From Nanoarchaeum equitans Kin4-M (GTDB lineage Archaea; Nanobdellota; Nanobdellia; Nanobdellales; Nanoarchaeaceae): a stretch of 32,000 nucleotides of DNA. Location of the stretch: assembly GCA_000008085.1 (NCBI GenBank), contig AE017199.1, forward strand, positions 30,001-62,000. The letters run 5' to 3'. Position 1 is the stretch's first letter, and each line of letters starts with the position of its first letter. Of the stretch, positions 24,737-32,000 are shown in pieces. A program made the translations under genes and the position numbers. The notes under the pieces were generated by a model. It was not told the DNA's origin, did not search any database, and saw only the letters and a program-made list of their open reading frames with translations.

Positions 24737-25813
24737 CTATTTTGCCGCCGTGCCCGAGCGGCCAAAGGGGTCGGGCTGCAGACCCGATGGTCGGGGGTTC
24801 GAATCCCCCCGGCGGCTTAGCATTAGTATAATAACAGTTAGCCCAATAAGAAAGCTTAGAAAAGCGCCTTCCAATTGGAACACTTTAATAAAATATAGAG
24901 AGCTTAACAAAGTTGCTATAATCCCTATTAATAAAGTTTTTATCTTTAGCTTTAGGAATTCTATGGCATATATATAGCCAAAATACGCTCTTACAATAAC
25001 TAAAAATACTACATAAATTAAGTAGGGCAATACTATTTTGTATTTGGGATTAATCAAAGAAAAAGCTATATCTATTATTGGAGGTGCAAAGAGATAAAAT
25101 AGTATAGATACTATTAGGGGTAAAAGCAACAAATCAACTATTGGGTTTTTGTTTTTCACTCTATGCAAAAATATATCGGTACTTGAAGACACATGTAACA
25201 CTACTGAAGAAAACCCCAAAACTAAACTGTATATCGCCGCTTCTTTTTTTAGGTTATTCAATAATAAAACTGCTTGTGGTATCAAAGGTAAAACCATCAT
25301 TAACAAAACTATTATATGGGTTTTTTCTAAAAAACAAACTTTTGGTTTTCCAACAATTAAATAATAAAAGGGGGCTAAACTAACAAAATAGGCTAAAAAA
25401 ATATTTATATCCTTGGTTAGCAAAAAAATTAGCAAACTTATAATAGAGAATAGTAAAAGCTTATGGAATTGCGATTTTTTAATTAATAGGGTTCTCCCGA
25501 TTGTTAAGGAGATTTGGGCTATAAAGAATACCAAACCAACTGTGGCCCATTTCTCTATAAAGGACAAAATTAGAAATATTATAGTTCCAGCAATTAAATA
25601 AAATCTAATGCATTCCAATTTATTATTTTGATGCCAAAGATTTATGCTTCCTTCGTAAGAAAATATTAATCCCGCTTTAGCACCAAGAGCTTTGAAAAAA
25701 GAGATTACTCCATATATATTAGGAGGAAATTCCTTAATTAATAATAAAGTGACGAAAGCGTTTAATAAATAACTAATCATAAAAGATAGTCTATCATAAA
25801 TAAAGTCTTTCAT
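24737..25813 (-). CDS. polytopic membrane protein, Wzx/MOP-flippase-like
   Basis: About 10 hydrophobic helices, divergent from a GT4/GPT gene. The last 27 codons (RRGDSNPRPSGLQPDPFGRSGTAAK) are the antisense of tRNA-Cys. Confidence 0.5.
   Translation of the reverse strand: MKDFIYDRLSFMISYLLNAFVTLLLIKEFPPNIYGVISFFKALGAKAGLIFSYEGSINLWHQNNKLECIRFYLIAGTIIFLILSFIEKWATVGLVFFIAQISLTIGRTLLIKKSQFHKLLLFSIISLLIFLLTKDINIFLAYFVSLAPFYYLIVGKPKVCFLEKTHIIVLLMMVLPLIPQAVLLLNNLKKEAAIYSLVLGFSSVVLHVSSSTDIFLHRVKNKNPIVDLLLLPLIVSILFYLFAPPIIDIAFSLINPKYKIVLPYLIYVVFLVIVRAYFGYIYAIEFLKLKIKTLLIGIIATLLSSLYFIKVFQLEGAFLSFLIGLTVIILMLSRRGDSNPRPSGLQPDPFGRSGTAAK
24744..24817 (+). tRNA. tRNA-Cys (GCA)
   Basis: GCCGCCG U G CCCG AGCGGCCAA AGGG G UCGGG CUGCAGA CCCGA UGGUC GGGGG UUCGAAU CCCCC CGGCGGC U. 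Has the U73 discriminator typical of tRNA-Cys. TTTTTAAAA (24716-24724) is centred 24 nt upstream. No CCA. Confidence 0.93.
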
Positions 25814-25824
25814 TAGATTTTTGA

Positions 25825-26691
25825 ATGTGGATATTTATTGTTTATGCGATAGCCCTTTATGTATTGTTAAAAAAGTGGGTTAACTATAGTATAGAAAAAA
25901 ATTTGTATGGAATAGACAAACATAAAAACATAAAGGTTGGGGAAAGCGCTGGTACAGTTATTGGCATTCTATTTTCTTTGGTTTTGGCATGGTTAGGTTA
26001 TTATAAAATGGCCTTTGCTTCTCTATTGGCAACATTTTTAGGGTATTTAGATGATACATTGGTTTTTTCGCAAAAAACCAAACTAGTATTGCCTGTCCTA
26101 ATTTTAATACCTTTCCATTTCTTTGATTTTAATATTCTCTACATTTTATTTATGATATTTTCTTTCAATATATTTAACATATTCGCTGGATATAACGGTT
26201 TAGAGAGTGGGACCGCATTATTGTATGGGCTAACATTAACATTATATTTTTATGGATCTGATCTGTTTACAATAGCACTATTGTTTAGTTTATCCTCCCT
26301 TATTTTGTATTTATTTAACAGATATCCCGCTAAGCTATTTGTTGGGGATAGCTTTACATATTTCGCGGGCACAGTTATAGGGCTATTAACTATAAATACG
26401 CACAATTTTGTAATGTATTTAACTTATTTACCTTTAGTAATACATTTCTTATTGTATATTAAATCCTATATCGACAAAGGAAAGAGCACAAGCGCTTTTG
26501 CGAAAGTGAAAGATAATTGTTTATATTATGATGAAAAACCCTATCATCTTACCCAATTAATAATAAAGCTTTTACAAAAAAGAATAAAATGCATTAGAGA
26601 AGATTATGTTGTGGCGGTTGCTTTAACTATTATAGCAATCAATAATATAGTTTGGTTGTTGTTAGCAAAATTTTTAAATATACCATTCTAG
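25825..26691 (+). CDS. GPT-family (MraY/WecA/AglH-like) polyprenyl-phosphate HexNAc-1-phosphate transferase
   Basis: GYLDDT, NIFNIFAGYNGLESG and VGDSFTYFAGTVIG are family motifs. Polytopic. Confidence 0.75.
   Translation: MWIFIVYAIALYVLLKKWVNYSIEKNLYGIDKHKNIKVGESAGTVIGILFSLVLAWLGYYKMAFASLLATFLGYLDDTLVFSQKTKLVLPVLILIPFHFFDFNILYILFMIFSFNIFNIFAGYNGLESGTALLYGLTLTLYFYGSDLFTIALLFSLSSLILYLFNRYPAKLFVGDSFTYFAGTVIGLLTINTHNFVMYLTYLPLVIHFLLYIKSYIDKGKSTSAFAKVKDNCLYYDEKPYHLTQLIIKLLQKRIKCIREDYVVAVALTIIAINNIVWLLLAKFLNIPF
26671..26680 (+). promoter_or_regulatory. TATA box of 5S rRNA gene, inside the 3' end of the GPT-family CDS
   Basis: TTTTTAAATA lies about 21-24 nt upstream of the 5S 5' end. Confidence 0.5.
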
Positions 26692-26696
26692 GTTTC

Positions 26697-26818
26697 GTGG
26701 GAGGGCCATAGCGGCCCGGGAACCACCCGTACCCATCTCGAACACGGAAGTTAAGCCGGGCCGCGTCCCGAGTGGTACTGCCCCGCGAAGGGGTGGGAAG
26801 CTCGGGATGCCCTCCCGC
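26697..26818 (+). rRNA. rrf: 5S ribosomal RNA (not linked to 16S/23S in this window)
   Basis: GC-rich 122 nt. The terminal helix GUGGGAGGGC pairs with GCCCUCCCGC. Conserved CCCAUCUCGAACACGGAAGUUAAGC block. The exact ends are uncertain by about 2-3 nt. Confidence 0.9.
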
Positions 26819-28431
26819 TATCTATATTTTACAAAATAAGATAAAACGCTCGCTAAAAATAGAACAGAAGTTTTAATGTTGATATAAATTCCCACACTAA
26901 GCAATGCGCCAATAATTATTAACAACAAATCTAATCCTCCTCCTTGTCCTACCAATAAACTTAACTTAAACATTAAAACATAAGGAATAATGTTTAGCAA
27001 TATTATTGGGATATACCAGCTTTCCTCTAAATAAGGAATTAAATATATGAAATGGCTCGCCATTAACAAATAATGCCCCGCTATTGCATACAAATATTGA
27101 GTAGATAATTCTAAATTAGTTAAAGAAACTAACCCAACTAACAATAAAGAGCTAACAAAAAATCTATTTTTATCGCCAAATGATTCATAATATAGAATAA
27201 ACAAAACCGAAATCAAAAATGCGGTTGCTATCAAAATAATAAAAGAGCTGGCAGAAAAGTATAATAGAACCAAACTTAAAACTAAATAGAATACTAAAGC
27301 AGCATTGCTTTTTGATAATTCTTCAAAAAGCTGGCCCATTGTTATAGAAAATATAAATAATAAAGCGGTTTTTTGAGACCACACTGGGGAAAGCAATTGC
27401 AATATATTGGCTATTTCATTATAATTAAAATTGTCCATTTTTGGCATTGTGAAAAATCCTAAAACTATGGATAGAACTAATAACAAAGCAGAAATAACCA
27501 AGGAATTTTCATGTTTGGATTTTGCTATAGTGATTATAGATGTAATAACATTAGCGATCCATAGTATAAATAAAGAAGAGCTATCTATTATTGTATAGCT
27601 TGTATCTCCCATTCTAATTAGAATAGGCAATAAAGTATCTACCAACAAAAAAGCTGGCAACAATATTGAAGAAGCTCTTGTAAAACCTAGCAAAAATATG
27701 GTAAAAAACAAATATAAGGATAATGCTTGTATTATTGGGAAAGGTAAATGCAAAGCATTTAGTAGTATAAACAATATAGTAAACAAACCAAACCCTATGA
27801 AATAACCAATAGCGTTTCCTATTCTTTTCCCTACATAATATATGAAAGAGCCCATAAGTAATGCAAATAGTATAGACCTTACTATTGGGACTGGAGCTAG
27901 TTTTATATAAAAATCCCCGTAAAGGGTTTTGAATGCATTATCTAACACACAAAAAGGAGGAGTTTGTATAACTTGTTCTAAGGGTGTTTTTATTTTATAT
28001 AATTTATGATAACAATAACCGTTTTCGACTTTTTCACAATAATTATATATAGAAGGATAACCGCTTTTTATATAATAGTATGTTTTACAATCCAAGTTAG
28101 CTAAATTAAATAAAGTATTCTCAAAGCTATGCTTAGCATACAATAGTTTAGCATAATTGCATTCATCTAGTAATAAAATTTTATATGACGCATTTTCTAA
28201 TGAGGGTTTTAACCCATTGTATGGCACTAACAAATATATACTATCCTTATTTTGATAGAAAGCGAAATAATCATAAGGTATTTTGAATGTTACTTTAAAG
28301 GTTTTATCTTTTTTGTTGTATTCGCATCCAATTACAGGGCCTTTAAGTTTATTGCAATCAAAATATTCATTTTTTTCTAATTTTATTGTAATATTAAGGG
28401 TTTTTTCTTTTACATCGAAATTACAAATCAT
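26818..28431 (-). CDS. large polytopic membrane protein with Cys-rich N-terminal ectodomain
   Basis: About 180-aa N-terminal soluble region with ~10 Cys, then ~12 hydrophobic helices. No WWDYG or other motif recognised. ATGA overlap with rnhB. Confidence 0.5.
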   Translation of the reverse strand: MICNFDVKEKTLNITIKLEKNEYFDCNKLKGPVIGCEYNKKDKTFKVTFKIPYDYFAFYQNKDSIYLLVPYNGLKPSLENASYKILLLDECNYAKLLYAKHSFENTLFNLANLDCKTYYYIKSGYPSIYNYCEKVENGYCYHKLYKIKTPLEQVIQTPPFCVLDNAFKTLYGDFYIKLAPVPIVRSILFALLMGSFIYYVGKRIGNAIGYFIGFGLFTILFILLNALHLPFPIIQALSLYLFFTIFLLGFTRASSILLPAFLLVDTLLPILIRMGDTSYTIIDSSSLFILWIANVITSIITIAKSKHENSLVISALLLVLSIVLGFFTMPKMDNFNYNEIANILQLLSPVWSQKTALLFIFSITMGQLFEELSKSNAALVFYLVLSLVLLYFSASSFIILIATAFLISVLFILYYESFGDKNRFFVSSLLLVGLVSLTNLELSTQYLYAIAGHYLLMASHFIYLIPYLEESWYIPIILLNIIPYVLMFKLSLLVGQGGGLDLLLIIIGALLSVGIYINIKTSVLFLASVLSYFVKYR

Positions 28432-29030
28432 ATGAAATCTGTTAGTTTTTTGTTTATTTCAAAGGGCCATTTCTTTCTTATATAAGGTTTTAATATTCTA
28501 TAATATTGTTCCAAAGCTTTTCTAGTTCTTTTATCTGAAGGATAACCAGAACCAAAATCTATACCAGTTTGTTCTTTTATTTTTTCTATTTCTCTATCTC
28601 TTATAACTTTTGCTACAATAGATGCTGCTGCAACTAATGGGTCTTCTTCTCCTTTATTTTTGGTAATAATTTTTACCCTCTTTTTCAAATATTTCAAAAT
28701 CCTTAGTTTATAATTTTCAGGTCTTTCTGGAGAATCAATAACTATATGGGATATTTCGTCCTCAATACTATTAATTAAGTTCGCTGTTACCTTCGCTTCA
28801 AGTTCATTTAAGTTATATCTATCTATTAAAGAAGGGCTAACTATTTCGTATTTTACTAAGCTATTTTTGACTATCTCATTAAATAGTTCTTCTCTTTGTT
28901 CTTTTGTTAATAGTTTAGAATCTTTTACTCCCAATTCTTTTAAGTATCCAGAATCTCCAATAACTAAAGCAATAACCATTGGCCCAATAATTGGACCCCT
29001 CCCTGCTTCGTCAACTCCTCCATATCGCAT
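28428..29030 (-). CDS. rnhB: ribonuclease HII
   Basis: GVDEAGRGPIIGPMV, DSKLL, AASIVAKV and GSGYPSD. Confidence 0.9.
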   Translation of the reverse strand: MRYGGVDEAGRGPIIGPMVIALVIGDSGYLKELGVKDSKLLTKEQREELFNEIVKNSLVKYEIVSPSLIDRYNLNELEAKVTANLINSIEDEISHIVIDSPERPENYKLRILKYLKKRVKIITKNKGEEDPLVAAASIVAKVIRDREIEKIKEQTGIDFGSGYPSDKRTRKALEQYYRILKPYIRKKWPFEINKKLTDFI

Positions 29031-29961
29031 ATTCGTATAAAACTATATCATTCCTTTTATATATTATAGTGCCTTTTTTGTATTCAATATAATCCAAATC
29101 CTCGGCAATTATCCAATCCTTCTTATTATATAAGTATTGGTATATTTCAAACAAAGAGCCCTGGTACCTTGGACTAACATGTATAAAAACTAACAATTTA
29201 GAGTTGCTTTCATCCCTTATTCTAAAAGCGTCGCTAATTGTGGAATGGTAATGCTCGATAGCTTTATCTTTGTCTTTATCTAAAAAAGCCAATTCGTGAA
29301 ATATTATATCGCTATCTCTAGCAAAATCTATGAATTGCTCTCTAAAAAGGGTATCTGTTATTAAAGTAAACTTTAAGCCTTTTTGTATATAAGTAAACTC
29401 TTTAGGGTCTAATGTTATACCATTTATTGTTACGGATTTGCCTTCTTTTAGTTTGGCCAATTTAGGGTTAGATCTTATATTGTATTTAGCTAATTTCTCT
29501 TTATTTATTTTTATTTTGTCCTTTTCTTTGAAAGAATAGGCCAAAACTGGTACTTGGTGTATGCCATAGATAGATTCTATATAAAAAGGCCCAAAATCTA
29601 TTTTGGTTTCGCCAATCTCTTTTATTTTTAACGGGAAATTTATATTTATAGCGAAGCTATCTATAATTTTTTCTATAACTTCTTTAATGCCTTTAGGTCC
29701 AAAAATTGTTAACTCTCTATTATAATCTTGGTTTGACAAACTTAATAGAATTCCTGGTAAGCCCAAAATGTGGTCTCCATGTATATGGGTTAGAAATATA
29801 TAATCTATTTGGGTAGGAGATAAATTTAACAAACGCATTTGCCTTTGTGTATTTTCTCCAGCATCAAATAAAATGCCCTTTCCCATATAGTTAACAAAAA
29901 TAGAAAGGGTTTGTCTATATTTTGTAGGCATGTTCCCCCCAGTTCCCAATATATAAATCAT
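29011..29961 (-). CDS. rnz: ribonuclease Z (tRNA 3' endonuclease)
   Basis: LGTGGNMPT...LFDAGENTQRQ...FLTHIHGDHILGLPGIL (metallo-beta-lactamase HxHxDH motif in the RNase Z context). Confidence 0.8.
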   Translation of the reverse strand: MIYILGTGGNMPTKYRQTLSIFVNYMGKGILFDAGENTQRQMRLLNLSPTQIDYIFLTHIHGDHILGLPGILLSLSNQDYNRELTIFGPKGIKEVIEKIIDSFAININFPLKIKEIGETKIDFGPFYIESIYGIHQVPVLAYSFKEKDKIKINKEKLAKYNIRSNPKLAKLKEGKSVTINGITLDPKEFTYIQKGLKFTLITDTLFREQFIDFARDSDIIFHELAFLDKDKDKAIEHYHSTISDAFRIRDESNSKLLVFIHVSPRYQGSLFEIYQYLYNKKDWIIAEDLDYIEYKKGTIIYKRNDIVLYEYAIWRS

Positions 29962-29996
29962 AGAAACCTTTATAAATTAAGTTTAAATTCTATCAG

Positions 29997-30233
29997 ATGA
30001 TGCTATTACAAACAGAGAAGGCCCTTAGACTATTGGAACAATATAATACCATAACTATCTTAGTTCCTAGGGAATACACTAAATCCAAAATAAAAGAATT
30101 CTTTGAGAAAAAAGGCTACAAAGTTAAAAAAGTTAACACTTTAATAACAAAGAAAGGGCTAAAAAAGGCATATGTCAGATTTAAAGAGGAAGGTGTAGCT
30201 AGAAAAGTAGCCGAAGAGTTGGGAGGTTTATAA
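29997..30233 (+). CDS. rpl23: ribosomal protein L23 (uL23)
   Basis: TEKALRLLEQYNTITILVPREYTKSKIKEFFEKKGYKVKKVNTL...KKAYVRF is a typical uL23 pattern. Confidence 0.85.
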   Translation: MMLLQTEKALRLLEQYNTITILVPREYTKSKIKEFFEKKGYKVKKVNTLITKKGLKKAYVRFKEEGVARKVAEELGGL

Positions 30234-30254
30234 ATTTTTAGTTTTCAATATTTA

Positions 30255-30470
30255 ATGGATTGGAAAGACCTATTAAAAGAAAAAGATCCAAATTTGTTTT
30301 TGGCCTTGCAATCTCTATTAGAAGAAGTAAAGGAATATAAAGATATTTATTTAAAAGCAAAAAACCCCTCAATAGCACAATTATGGATAGCTTTAGCTAT
30401 TTTATATAAAAAGCATTCTAAAAAGAAGAAAAAAGAAACAATCCCTAAGGATTTGGAGGAAAAATTTTAG
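30255..30470 (+). CDS. small Lys-rich hypothetical protein
   Basis: ORF only. No motif. Confidence 0.3.
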   Translation: MDWKDLLKEKDPNLFLALQSLLEEVKEYKDIYLKAKNPSIAQLWIALAILYKKHSKKKKKETIPKDLEEKF

Positions 30471-31049
30471 CTATAATTGAGAACAAAAAGTAAGGCGCAA
30501 AAGGATAACCATCTCTTATTGGAATACTAATATTTGTTTGTTTTAGTTTATTCAAGAGCTTTTTATTTAAAATAGGTTTTTTGTATACTTTATCCCAAAC
30601 TATTGTGCCTTCTACTATATCGCCCTCTTCCAAATAATCAGGTTTTACCATTATTATTTTGTTTTTTAGTGTGCCTTTGAAATAATAGAATAATGCTAAC
30701 ATAGTAATTAAAATTCGAAACAAAATGCTTTTGTAAAATAGTATTAGGAATAACCATATTTTATTTATGTTAACTAATACATACCACATATACAAATACA
30801 AACCGTAAATATTGTTTATTCCTATTGGAGAATAAAACGAATAGGCAATTGCTAAATAATAATCCCCTATGGCGAATAGTTTAGCCTTTGTTGCTATGTA
30901 AAATAAAATTGCTGTAACTATTGCTAAACCGATTCTAAACCAATTGTTAGTAACTATATTATATAATAGCATTGTCACTATATATAAATCTACTGACTCG
31001 CTAATTGTTACTTTTTTCTTTATATCTGTTATTGTATAAAGAAGAAAAG

Positions 31050-31065
<16 letters not shown>
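30445..31065 (-). CDS. A24-family prepilin/preflagellin peptidase-like membrane protein
   Basis: TITDIKKKVTIS (first Asp motif) and FAIGDYYL (GxGD-like) about 60 residues apart in a polytopic N-terminal half. Confidence 0.5.

Positions 31066-32000
<935 letters not shown>

Noticed and set aside
18853-24817. cysS and tRNA-Cys within ~4.5 kb as a functional cluster
   Set aside because: They are separated by five unrelated genes on mixed strands. In a genome this small such proximity is expected by chance.
24750-24977. 75-aa + strand ORF over tRNA-Cys
   Set aside because: It reads through the tRNA-Cys gene and is then antisense to the membrane-protein CDS, so it is a shadow ORF.
5552-25601. Other antisense ORFs in the track (5552-5872, 7711-7968, 8023-8280, 13434-13745, 13833-14087, 14973-15164, 16223-16486, 17180-17431, 17594-17827, 18025-18261, 19308-19490, 20161-20346, 20506-20778, 20800-21048, 21725-22123, 23872-24054, 24358-24582, 25141-25383, 25149-25364, 25413-25601, 31651-31839)
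   Set aside because: Each lies opposite a CDS with clear family motifs. This is typical of AT-rich genomes, where stop codons are depleted on the antisense of Lys/Asn/Ile-rich frames.
29995-30030. AGAUGAUGC at the rpl23 start as a possible C box
   Set aside because: It is not RUGAUGA, there is no CUGA at the 12-nt guide distance, and there are no C'/D boxes.

Overview
This is a very AT-rich, almost gap-free archaeal segment. Genes overlap by 1-70 nt and most promoters sit inside neighbouring genes. The stable-RNA genes stand out as GC-rich islands: three complete tRNAs (Ala-CGC, Gly-UCC, Cys-GCA, none encoding CCA), one orphan tRNA 5' half (anticodon CAU) and an unlinked 5S rRNA. I also find three 49-nt C/D box sRNA candidates with the same box spacing. 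The protein genes are mostly information-processing: eL43, eS26, uS12, uL23, an Sm-like protein, TBP, aRF1, CysRS, Orc1/Cdc6, RNase HII, RNase Z, Bud32, a RumA-type m5U methyltransferase and a PIN-ATPase-KH protein. There is also a block of four putative surface proteins at the left edge and a small glycosylation/membrane block. The oddities match what is established for Nanoarchaeum equitans and its relatives. These are a tRNA gene half, a topoisomerase IA gene that stops about two thirds of the way through, an ORF at the right edge that ends inside an intein N-fragment, leaderless tRNA and mRNA promoters at a fixed distance, and scattered ribosomal-protein genes. I therefore read the window as that lineage. 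The most notable points are the split tRNA half, a tRNA-Gly/C/D sRNA fusion that shares the discriminator base, a C/D sRNA laid across the ends of two convergent genes, the two split protein genes, and single palindromic TATA boxes placed symmetrically between divergent leaderless genes. I have no tools, so all functional calls rest on motifs read by eye and no database search was run.
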